Positions 23,951 through 35,700 of a stretch of DNA of 64,000 nucleotides are shown piece after piece. The notes under the pieces are model-generated. The model worked only from the letters and a program-made list of their open reading frames with translations, made no database searches and was not told where the DNA came from. Made by a program: the position numbers and the translations under genes. The DNA comes from Raillietiella orientalis (lineage: Eukaryota). Where the stretch lies: NCBI GenBank assembly GCA_036172245.1, contig JAYWIR010000039.1, positions 496,001 through 560,000 of the forward strand. Reading direction: 5' to 3'. How positions within the stretch are numbered: the first letter of the stretch is position 1; each line of letters begins with the position of its first letter.

Positions 23951-26704
23951 AGGACCTCCGACCGACTGGAGGAGGGCACACGTCCTCCGATCCCCGCGCC
24001 ATTCCAGCCATCCCAGTGGCGAGTTTGTCGCACTTCTGTCGCAGGCTCTCGCACGCGAGAGCAGGCCCCGCCTCTGAACCCACGAAGGCGTCGCTGCCAA
24101 GGGGATGTCATCGGGTGGCAAATGGCAAACCTACGCCACGCCAATCAGGTGGTGACGCTGACCACGGGGCACCAGCTGGTTACTCTGCTCCCGCTTCCAG
24201 CTCTTAGGGTTCTGCCGAGAACAGGAGTGAGGGCTAGGCATCGATCGCTCTCTCTTGCGTTCGAGAGTTCGTTCATTAACGGGATTCAGGAACGCCTGCA
24301 AAGACAGGAGGGCAGTAGCAGCGTGTTGGCTTCTCGTAGCCGGAAGACCAGCTTTTTGGACTCTTGGCGCGAGCGAAAGACCCGGGGAGAGACTCCTTCT
24401 GGGAGGTCTGTACGGCTTGCCGGATCCGCTCCCACCCTCCCCAGGTCGCGATGTCAGTGGGAGAAGGTGCAGCTCTGCGTAGTGCTAACCCTCTCTGTGT
24501 CCCTTTCGTCTCAGGTCACCGTGCTCTTCCAGAATCGAAAAACAGATCCTTCCTTTGGAAAGCCACGGAAACGCTGATTCCCAAAATTCTGAGTGGGAGG
24601 AGGAAGGAGAGCGGGATGCGGGATGGAGCTGCAGCTGGGAAAGGTCGCGCTGAACCTCACCAGCCAACCGTCGCGAGATGGCAGTTTGTTCCTCTGTTTC
24701 CGGTTGCCGCCGCTAGAGGGGAGGAGGCGCGTCTTCGGATAGGCATCTCCAGTCTCAAGGGGGGGGGGAGGTAAGAACGAGGAGGGGAAGGGAGGGAGGA
24801 AGAGGGCCACCCCCGTCTCCCTTCCCGACCACGAAACTCCTGCCTCGAAGAAGGGGTGCCCAGAAACCGGGTGCGGAACAGGGTGGTGGGTGCTGGGCGT
24901 GCGCTTCCGCCTGCCATGGGAGGAGGAGGAGGAGAGGAACAGAACGAAAAAAGGAAAAAAGGGAAGGCTGCGGGATGCGCGTAATTTCGCGAGGATCTAG
25001 TAGCCCCTGGGTGGAGCCTGGGAGATGGCATCTTCGAGAGGAGAGAGCGTTCCTGCCAGCAGCGCGAGGAAGAAGCATACGGCCAAGAGCAAGAGAACAG
25101 GGGGTTCCAAAGGAGGAAGATCAGCAGCGGTCAGCAGTCAGGTGTGTTGCTCAGGAACACCCGGGGCATGCCCGAAGCAGCACCGCCTTGGCGAGCGGCG
25201 TCTTTCCCGGAGTAGGGAAGGCTTTCATGAACTCGCGTTGCCAGCAGCAACGGGGGATCCTGGAAGTACACTGCTGCTCCCGCCAAGCGTGGCCCTCCCA
25301 GAGCCGGAAGGAGGAGCGCTGCACTGCGCATTCTGGGGGGCACCATGTGCTTCGGAGGAAGTTGGGCCAGCAGCTGCCTTTCCTCCGAGGTCGTTTGCGG
25401 TCTGCGGCACGGGAGCCCCATGCGGGAGAGAAGATGCGGCAGATGAGGAGAAAGGGAAGCGATCCGCCTTGCTTTCCCGGGATGCAGGCAGCCCTCCTCC
25501 CCCCGTGGTCTTTCCGCTTCCGGGGACGTCCCAATCTGCGCGCGTCCTCCTCCTTGCTCTTCAGGCGAATGATGGATGAGCTGCCTCGCATCCCACAGGG
25601 CCTGCCCCTTCCTTTTGTCCCGGCGAGCGCGCAGCCTCCGCCAGTGGCGGCGTGCAGCGCCCTCTCCCCCGCTGTCCCCGGAAGGGACGAAAGTTGGCAG
25701 GGAAACATCGAGGCAGGGGGAACCCAACCCGTTTCTCCCGCAGACCCTCGGGGGGAGCGGCTCAGTCCAGCCGTCTGATTTTCGCGCCAGGAGTCACCGA
25801 CGCCACGCAATGGTGCCACCCGGACTGGAGACACGAAGGCGAGCGAGCGCTTCCTCGCCGCTTCGAACGGCACGTGGTCCACGGTGAAGATGGGCGGCAA
25901 GAGGGAGGGCGCTTTCCCACACAGATGGTTTCTTCCGGGAGTTGCAGCCCCTGCCGGAACTACATCTGGCGCTGCGGTCTTCGGCCGCAGGAGGGTCGGG
26001 AGGTGGGTCAAGCCGCGAGCCGAAGCCCTTCCTCTGCGTAGGGGACGCGCTAGGCGAGCTGCTGCTCGGGTGAAGGAGAGGGCGCTCCCTGAACAGGTCT
26101 GCGAGGGTGCCGTCTTCTCGACAGCGCGTGCGGGCCTCCACGAGGGCGCAGCAGCAGCAAGGAGCCGCGGCCGCCGTTCCTCCTCTCCTTCCTGGTCATT
26201 ACGCGTTGTCCTTGGACAATGCAGGCGGCCGCCACCGCCACATTGGCTACGAGGGGGGTCGCGGAAAGTCTCTGCAAAGGGCCAGAAGGACTAGAAGGGC
26301 GCCTGCCTACGGTGTTGCGCCGTGACCCATCGGCGCACTCGTACCTGCCGTTTCCATGGCAAACCCTTTCCCGCGTCCGCCGCTGCGCGCGCTCGGTGGG
26401 GTGGACCTGCAGCAGAAGCTAGGCGCGACCACCAGTGACCACCGACCACTTTCCCCCCAGAGCACGCCTCAGTACTCTGTGGCCCCAGACGGCGAGCGAC
26501 ACGCTAGGAAAAGTAGTAGCCTCTATTGCCGGTTGACCGCTGTCCGGCGAATACCCGTAGACTGCTGACACGCGGTGGTTTTCTTTCTTTCTTTCTTTCC
26601 CTGAGGCGGCGTCGCGTCGCCATGGCCGGATCGGGGTGGGGGGGGCGAGAGGTCAGGTACGAGGAGGAGACCGGTGATGGTGGCGCGGGCGGCTGTGGCG
26701 GTCG

Positions 26705-26766
26705 TCAGGCAACCGGCTGCGGCGGGATTGCTGGGACGGCCGAGCGGGCGTGCCTGCGGCGCGGAT
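26705..26766 (-). CDS. TGFBR3: TGFBR3-like last coding exon (cytoplasmic tail)
   Basis: Acceptor ttcctgttcttccAG; (D)PRRRHARSAVPAIPPQPVA then TGA. Depends on a 44-nt intron being spliced. Confidence 0.6.
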
Positions 26767-29700
26767 CTGGAAGAACAGGAACTGCGCCCTGACCGGGTGT
26801 CCCTCGCTACCTGTCCTGCGCCTGATGAACCAGATGAGGGCGGAGAAGGCGGTGCCCAGGAGGAAGGCGGCGAGGGCCACGGCGACGAAGAGGTCGAGGG
26901 AGGGGCTGGCGGCGGGCTTGTGGCGAAGGGCGGCGACCCAGGCGGGGCCGGCCACGAGGTAGTCCACGGCGGAGAGATTCGTCCTGCGGCGCTCCCCGGA
27001 GCACCCGGGGCAGCTTCCCAGTCCGCTCCTTGAGGCGCAAATGCCCAGGCGGCACTGCACGTACAGGGGCCACACGGAAGGCCATCGGTCGGGGACCTGG
27101 GAGGAGCAGATGAGTGAGCCAGTGAGCAGATGCCACCTGCTGCTGCAGACCCCTCCCCCGGTCCCGGGACGCGCCGGGGAGGGGGATCGATTGAGAGGAG
27201 ACTCACCCGGAAGCCGAAATGGTTGGCAGCGGAGCCGGGGGAAGCGAAGACGTGGACGGGCCGCAGGGGGCAGCCCCCGGAGAAGAGGCGCCAGCTGCGG
27301 TCGCGGGGCACCTCGTCACTGGTCGAGTTGCTGATCCAGCAGTCGTCGATGCCGATATGCACGCCGGGGGCTGGATCTGGGGGTTGCGGCGGGCCGGCGG
27401 TCCACGGGCACCCCGAGGGCGGCTCACCTGGCTCCGTGGAGACCTTGACGAAGACGGGGTCGCCCGGAAGCAGCGGGACGCGCTCCGAGAGGCGTTCCGT
27501 GTGACGCTCGTTGACGGATAGCTCCATGGAGTAGAGCGAGGTCTTCCGGCGGGGCGTCAGGAAGGCGTGGTCGCTGCCATCCGGTCCAGGGTCCCTCCGG
27601 CCTTCGCAGCGGAAGGCCACGGCCACGTCCGTGCAGTCGCCGGAGCGCAGCCACAGCTCCTGGCTGAAGACCGTGGCGAGGCGTCCCACCCGGGCGCCGC
27701 AGCGGTGCAGGTCGCTGGCGACGACGGCGTGGGTGCCGTTTGAACGCGCCCGGCATCGCGGGTCACGCAGGGTCAGGAGCTCCGGGCGCAGGCGCAGCCG
27801 CTGCAGCAGCTCCAGGCGGACGGACACCTCGACTGACTGCTCTCCGCAGAGCACGACCACGCCGTCCACCAAGTCGAGCTTCCGTCGAGACGCGGAAGAC
27901 GGAGGAGGGGGTCTCTTCCTCCTGCGGAAGGGGTCGCCCCCCGTCGCCAGGGCCGCCTCCGCGGCGGGGGCACCGGCCCGTAGAACCACCCGGTTGGCAC
28001 CCGCAAGCTTGGCGTACACCGTGGGCGCCCCATAGTCCGATGTGACCTGCACCATCAGCGGCCCGAAATCCTCTGGCAGGAGCAGCAGCTGCACCTCCCT
28101 CCGCCCGGGCAGTGCCTCCGCGCGGGCGTCCGTCGACAGCTCGCTCCCGCGGTCCGCCTGCAACCGGGAATGACGAGAAATGATAGGAGGAGGACTCCAG
28201 TGCGAAGAGCGGAGGCGGGCAGGGCGGGATGCCGCTTCCACCCGCTGTCGCCTTAGAAACCGGGGAAGCGATGGCAGATGCCGTTTCCTCTTTCCCCTCC
28301 CTCTCTTGCCCCAGTCACCCTACTTCCTAGTGGAGGAGGCGGGCAGGCAGCTGCAGGGCGGAGACTGCACTCGACGCCCGAGGCGTGCCCACCGGGACGG
28401 TCATGCGAAAGAGGAGGAGGTAGGTGAGAGCGCACCCACAGGAGACTGCGAAGTCTACGCCCGTGGCCGCAGCTCCCCGACTAGCCCCGACAGGGGAGCT
28501 AGGGTCCAGCTCTGAGAGGCTGCCCTCGGGGGAAGCGTCCCGCCCTTCCTTGCAGCCGCTCGGATGCTGGAGGCAACCGGCGTCCCCTTGGAAACGGGCG
28601 GACGTCCTTCGGGAGATCTTTGCTCACTGGACGCTGTAGGAAGGGAGAGTGGGCAAGGGAAGTCCTGTCTGGGAGACGCCAGAGGGCGGGCGGGCGGGTA
28701 TGTGCAAGTGACCCAGAACAAGGGGTCTTGGGTCACCTGCACATACTCAGGGGAGGGTGATCCCGGGCCCTTCCGGGGGAGAGGGGACGGCTTACCAGGA
28801 CCAGGAGATGGCCGCTGATGTTATCGGTGAGCACCTTCCACAGCATCTTGCGGTGGGACTTCAGCACCAGCGTGATGTTTCTGGACCGAGGCACCGGGGA
28901 CTCGATGAGCACCGTCGACACCGCGTCCCAGGGTTCGGAGGGGGGCTGGAGCAGCTCCAGCACGTACACGTCGCTGGAAGCGCAGCTCAGGTCACCATCC
29001 CTGATCAGCACCATTCGCGCGCCTCGAAGGGGGTCTTGACTGCCCACGAGCAGGTCATCCCCTCTAGGTCTCGCCAGCCACGCACTGACGGCTCCACCGC
29101 GTTCCTGCAACTCTAGGCGGTCGGTGGCACCTTCTCCACTTTCCCGCAGGAAGACTTTGGGGTCGCGCACCCTTCTCCGTGGGTTCCGGACGATACTCGG
29201 CAAGGATTGACCCTTCCCTCTACGTGCGCCCCCTCGCGCGCGCGACCGCTTCTCCCCGGGACCTTTCTCTGCTTTCGCGCACGCTCCACAGAGGGGAGAG
29301 TTTGCGCACCGCGACCCGGCAACTACGGAGAGACCGGCAGAGGACACTTGCGTTCCGCGGAGCGAAGCCGCGATCGGGGAGGTCTTCCAGTCGCCCTCCT
29401 AAGGCATCTCGGGCTGAAGAGGAAGTTCATGGATTTGCACGGAGCTGCGCGAGCGGAAGGGCCGGTTTTTCCGGTTTGTTTCTGACCACCCTCCGAGCGC
29501 TTCACCCTTCTTGGAACCCTCCCCGACGGTCAGCTCCGGTTGTGTTTTCCGGGGTCACAGCTTCCTGCGAAAATCCCACCCTGCCCTCTTCGAGGCGCTG
29601 CCCCTTGACCTATCCTGTCCACTCCGGGGATCGGCGGCCACGCACTTCATCGTCTTCTTCCCTCCGGGAGGGATGCGCAGACAAAGACACGATGACCTTT

Positions 29701-32700
29701 CCACCCGACAGGAAGAAAGTGGAAGAAGGGAGAATCGCCAACACAGGGGGAAGCCTCTCTATCCCCATCGGCGAGCAGGAGGAGGGGAGTGACGAATCGG
29801 AGCTCGCCGCGGCATCCCACGAGAGAGCAGCACCAGGCAACGCCCAACAGGCGGAGGACCCGCATGCGTTCTGCCGTCAGCGACATGCGTTGCGGGGTAG
29901 CAGACACGATCCCGAAAATTCGGCTGCCAGGGCATCCGGCGTCCCGTGACCCAGGAATGCACCCGCGAGGGCGGGGACCCAGATGACTCCCTGAGCGCGT
30001 CCTCCAGTAGAGACGTTGGGTTCGACCCGTTTGGCGCTGACCTCCGATGCGTTCGAGGTGGCATCCGCTGACACGGGAGCCACCTCTTCGTGCTCCCTCC
30101 GCGTGCGCGCGCCCGGCCCTCGGACGCGCGAGGACGAGCTCCCCCCTCCCCCCCAGCAGCAGTTCGGAGACGGGTCTTCCAGACCCGTTTCCAAACCGGA
30201 GTCTTCCACCGCGCCCCTAGTTGGAATCCCGCTGGGGTGTTTTACCTGCTTCCGACGTCCATCCGGTTCGGGTAGACGCAGCCCTCGATGGGTCTTTCCG
30301 AGATGATCTGCGGCACCACCAGAGGCGTGCGCGCAAGGTTTTTCAAATCGCATTTTTTAGGCATGTCGCTGTCTAGACGGGAGGAGGCAAAAAATAAAAA
30401 AAAGGGGGTGAACAGGTGAGAAATGTTAGCCACAGTGGTCGAAAAAACAACAAGCAAATAAAGGGAAAGCTCAAAGAAGAAGAGCACCACCACTTACTTG
30501 TGCCCACGTGGAGGACAAGAGAATTGGCCTCGTCGACCACTGTGTAAGACGTGATGGCTCCGAACCTGTGCAGGACCTCCGAGGAAGACAGAGACTTCCT
30601 GTGCTTGACGGAAAAGTTCTTCCAGATGCTGTCCTCAGACAGCTCGACGTGGGTATTGTGCTAGGGAAGAGCATCAGCCCTCAAAACCCGAAACGACGGT
30701 GCACCCCAAGCTGCGCGCGAGCAACCACCGCCTGGAGCTGCCGAGAGCCACGGAAATCGTGCGCGGGGGCGCGTGCCGCCAGAAAGACCGCGCGGTGCAG
30801 ATCGTGTGCAGTCCGTGGGCCCGTCGGCGAGACAGCCGAACAACCAGGTTCCCGCGGGAATGCCAGGCGCGGAAAGAACGAGGGTCCGAAAGCCTCCGGT
30901 TTGCCTGAGGGGTTCCCCCTCCTCCCTCCTCATCGCGCTCTGGTTCGCGCCTCAGCGTTGCTGATCGAGGACCAGCATGCTTGAGGGAGGGTGGAGTGGT
31001 TCGCAAGACCGGCGCGAGACGGGTCAGCTCCTTGTCGCTTTCGGACGGTGCCGCAAGAACTCTCCCCTCCGCGGGACAGGCCGCGGGTGCCCGGGTCGCG
31101 TGGAGCCTCGCTCCTTCCTCGCCGGAACTGCTGCGGGTCAGCTCCGTGCTCACGCCTCCGGTTCCCCATGGAAACTCGCGCTCACGCTTCTGCGATGGGC
31201 CTCGACCGGCGGGCTGGGAAGTTAAGGTGGCTATCTCCGGAAGGGAGAAAGGACTGCGCGAGTGGAATACGGGCCAGCTCGCCGAGGCTGCGATCCCGAG
31301 TACACGATCCCATGGACTCTTCTCATGTGGCAAGCTGCTGAATGTTCCGTCGGAACACCTGAAGTGGCCGCCGGTTCTCATGGACACCCGCATCCTCCCC
31401 TTGAAGTGGCAGGAGTCGGGGCTGTTGCTGCTGCACTAGGGTCTCCCGCGCAACGCCCGCCGTCATCACTGGATGCGGGTGTGTGTGGATCCCAACTGTG
31501 CCACATGCGAGGAGCGTGAATCCCTCCCCCACCTGCTAGTGGACTGTCTTGCCCTCCAGTCTCTCCAGGAACGCTTTGCCGCGGCCCTGAGAACCCCCGG
31601 TGGCAACTCCAGGGACGCTCTCAAACTCCTCTTCGTTCGCGACGCTCTTCGGCCAGAGGCTTCCCTGTGCTGCCTACGCGGGATCGTCGCTGCATGGAGC
31701 AAGGCAACAGGAGGACCCAGCGATGAGGATGACATCCACTTCACCGTTCAATTCATCAGGAGGGCGACGCAATGGCCCCACCTGGACAGGAATATCCAGC
31801 AAGGCCTTGCCAGCATCCTGCAGAAGATGCATAGGACCGCCACCAGCAGAACATGACCCCTTCCCACACCCTCCCAAAGTGTATTTATTTTTATTTTATT
31901 TATTTCTTTTTATTTGTCTCCTCCTCTCTGCTGCCGTGGTGAACCGCGCCGGTCTGCGAACCGATGATCCGAAAGGTCCCCATAAAATTGTGCGTGGCTG
32001 GACCAGCGGTTCGACCACAGTTGTCACGAAATGTTTATTTTGGATTATAAACGCCCCTAGCGCACCCGGGTGGGAATCGACCGGCGGGGTCGTCTCCTGA
32101 GCGGACCTAGCAGTGCAGCTTCCGACCGCTCCGTCCTTCCTTCCTTCGCTCCCCGCCTCCGACCCTCTCGACGGCGACGTCCGCTCCGAAGAGATTCGCG
32201 GCGCCTGCGAGGGAAGGATGGCTGCGCGCGGCCTGAATGCTCGCAGAGGCCAGGCGACGTGACTCTGTGGCGATTCCTCGACCTCGGAGCCGGAGCTCCC
32301 TACTAGGTTTCCACGACGTGATCCCTCCTCCCACCCAGTCGGAAAGGTCCAGGAGTCCGCATATCGACCCACCCACGCACGCACACACGAGGAGAGGAAA
32401 GAGGCCACATCCGCAGGAAATCCGTACGGTAAAAGTCCCGCCCACGTGTCGACACCTACCGTCGAAGAAAGAAACAAAGCGATGCGAAGAAGAAGAAAAA
32501 AAAAAAGGGACACAAACAGAGCAGCAGCGAGAACGGGGTAGTGGACATCTACGGAGATGAGCCGGAACGCAAACATGCCGATGGCCACTTTCCTTCATCA
32601 GAAGACGCCTGAGCAACCTGCTTCCGGTTTCCTCAGTTCACTACAGCACGACCCCCAGCCGCTGCAGACCCTTTTTACATAGTGACGGGCAACGAACACT

Positions 32701-35700
32701 GCCACCCAGGATGGATACTGGCCAACGGATAAAGATGGAATGCTGATTACTTAAGGTCAGTGGTAAGCCTTGCGCAACTCTCGCTATCTGCTAGCCCAAG
32801 GAGCCCCTTTTCTATCGAATCTTCCCTCCGCGTTCTGGACGCTGCGCCTTCGTGCATCCCCTTCATAAATCTTCCCTTCCGTCGTCCTTCAACCCATCTG
32901 TGAGAACGAAGATTTCGGGTCCCGAGCTGCTTCCTCATAGTGCACGTCTCTCCACCGCTCAGAAATCTCATGACGTCACGCGACTTGCGGATGTCAGGAT
33001 CGGCTTGGGAGATTCATTTAGTTGCAGGAACGGCAGATGCGTTCCGTGATAAAATGCTGACGCCACACACTCTGTAGTAAAATGCTGGATCCATAGTGAT
33101 GGCTAACGTTATTAAAACCGATGAACAAACGATGCTGAGTGAAATCAAACGCTTCGCAGGAAAGTTCGACGCACTTCCTCAGGGTTATCAGTAATGTGTG
33201 CTCGCTCGATGCAGTTTACTCGAGCATTTACCTGCCTCGTTGAAACTTTAATAAAATCGCATAGGAAACTGCCGAGAGAACAGAAACGAAGAAATCGCAA
33301 GCACGCGGGGCAGCAACGCGCTGAGTTCTTCGTCCGTAATCGGCCATTATGTAATTCTTCATTGCTCCCAGCTGGTGTGAGTCGCTTGGCTTCATTACTA
33401 CCTTTTTCTTTTTAAATTCTGTCTTCCCCTAAAACATCATCCAACCTCCGCCACCACAACGCTTAAGACGTGGTTAGGAAGCTCCCTCCTAATTGCCGGC
33501 CTAAGAAGGCCAGAGGACTTGTCGAGAAGACTGCAGCTGCTAGAATGGTCCCTCAAGAAGGATCACTATGCGTGAGAGAGAGCACCCGACACCAAAGGAA
33601 ACACCAAAAGACGAAAGAACGGCGCACAATGACATCGTATCCATCCTTTTTTCGAAGCATACAAAAAGGCAGCAACTGATTTCTCATTGGCAACGAAAAC
33701 ACCACTCCCATCGAGTTTTTCATTTGTTTTTTTTTTTTGCATGCTAATGTCAGCCTTCTTCCGTCATGAAGACAGCGACATTAGAACACACTGCTACTCT
33801 CAAGAGAACAGTTACGTCGACGAAATCCCCCATTAAAAAACCATCCAACCGAAGCTCCTGACAAATTCCGGCTTGGATGAAATGGGAAGGTCCTCTAGGA
33901 GGAGACGTTCGGATCACTAGTGGCGCGGGACGCCACACAGGGGCCGGCGAATAGCCAGGGAAAAGCACCTTTCCTGGAGAAACCTTTCTGCTCCGCAAGC
34001 GAGGACATCCGATCCGAGGTATTCCTACGTCCACGCTTGCTCAGCCGCTGGCCAGGATGCTGGGAATCCTGCACTTTGCCACGGGAGCTCCGCCTCTGCT
34101 CGGAATTCGGTGCTTCCAAAACCGTTCTGGCGCGAAAAAAACAAAAACAAAAAAAAAAAAACATGAGGCAATGCGGCGCAGCTTCTGGTCTCGGGACAGC
34201 ATACTTTCGTTTCTGCGGTCATCCTCATCCATTCTGCGCGCTGGACCTTGTATAGGTCAAAGTTCATCGTCAGCGAGTCAAAAAAAAAAGTGCGTGCTCG
34301 CGTCCCGTCTCCGGCCATTCGCAGAACGTCACAAAAGAACCACAGAAGGCAGCGGCGGAATTTCCGGAAACGATTGCTTTCCGGGAAACGGGAAATTGGC
34401 ACAGCCGGAGGTGGAGATCGCGAAGAGCTCGCTGCAGAGCTGCTTTACACGCAGCTCGGGGGCACGACTTGGCCGATGAAGGCCGTATGGGCAACGACGC
34501 CAAGGTCGGCGCGTTCCGACCACGCCCGGTCAGCTCTCCGACTCGTAATCTTCCTGTTCGCCGCAGAAGCCGTTACAAGAAAACCACTGCCTGCGCTGCA
34601 AGTGCCCCACCAGTCCGAGGTCTCGCAACCGTCCGACTCGTTCCCAGAGAGCAACGCGGCAGCAGCACTGACGTCACGGCTCCGAGGATCCAAGTGCGAG
34701 GCGAGGGAAGAGCGGGGCACCCCAAATCGGAAGCCGCTTCTTCGAGAAATCGGAGAAGCGGATTTTGGTGGCCATCGGGCGGCTCGGGAGGATGTGACCG
34801 GCAGGAGTGCGCGAGAGATGAACGCGACCCCGAATTCTGCTGCGAACTCTGATCGCCTAGTGCGCTGCAGCAAGGGGAGAGAGATGAGAGGTCGCAGTCG
34901 CAGTCTTGGAAGTCGCGAAGCCATCCACCTCGGAGCGGTGATACTCACGACTGAAGGATCCTTCCACGTTCCCGATGACGGACGTTCCAGATCGAAAGAG
35001 CGAGCAAAGGGCCCCGATTCCCGACTGACTGCGAAAGGCACGGCACAGCTGATGGTCGTCACTTCGAAGTGGCATGACCAGTGACTTCGGCTAGCCGGGA
35101 GCCATTGGCAGGGGGGAGGGTGCGCCGGGGAGGCTGCGTTCCGCATCTCTGAACGCATCCTCCCGATGACTCACACGCGCCCGGGGAAATCTTCTCCGAG
35201 GGCGCTGGCCCGGAAGCTTCCCGAGTCGCTCGGGCGCCTCCTCTTCCGGCCAGCAACCCTTCTAGGGATGCCGGGAGACTGCAGCGGGCTTCGGCAGTGA
35301 ACCAAGTTCGCGACCTTGCGCTTCGGTTCGGCGCTTCGCCGGAATCCTACGCGCCCACTCGGGAGGGGACCTCTCGAACTCGCTCGCCGGAGGGTCAAAG
35401 GGGCTCGCCCCTTGGGAAGAACGGAAGCGCCGCCCTGCTGCTGCTGCTGCTGCGCTTGTCTCTGCGCGCTGCATGAGCGGGCAGCGCGCCAGCGGGAGGG
35501 AGCCCGGCCGATCCTCGGCTTCTCCTCGCGACGCCGACCGTCCCCACCTGGATGGCGGAACATGCGGAAAGGAGAGGTCTGCCCACGCATCCACCTGCGC
35601 TAGGGCAGGCCCAGAACCTGAGCTAGGGAAATTCACGAAGCTCCTGCCCGTCGCCGTTCGTCTTCTCGCCTGCCGGCGATTCCGACGCCCCACGCTTACC

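Noticed and set aside
25120..25360. Possible decayed gag zinc knuckles (RCVAQEHPGH..RCTAHSGGHH)
   Set aside because: Most required Cys residues are missing; could be chance.
27912..27926. RRRKR as a furin site between the orphan and ZP domains
   Set aside because: It is followed directly by proline at P1', which disfavours furin cleavage; cannot be supported from sequence alone.
26523..28241. 572-aa ORF as a single-exon gene
   Set aside because: It reads through introns. After FGFR it leaves the homologous frame, and the ZP-C end and TM helix are in another frame joined by a 110-nt intron.
33231..33270. Apparent 37-nt micro-exon on the - strand (good acceptor and GTAAAT donor) in intron 3
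   Set aside because: Length is not 3n, so it would break the phase 0-0 join between exons 3 and 4, and it has no homology. Could only be a poison exon; no evidence.
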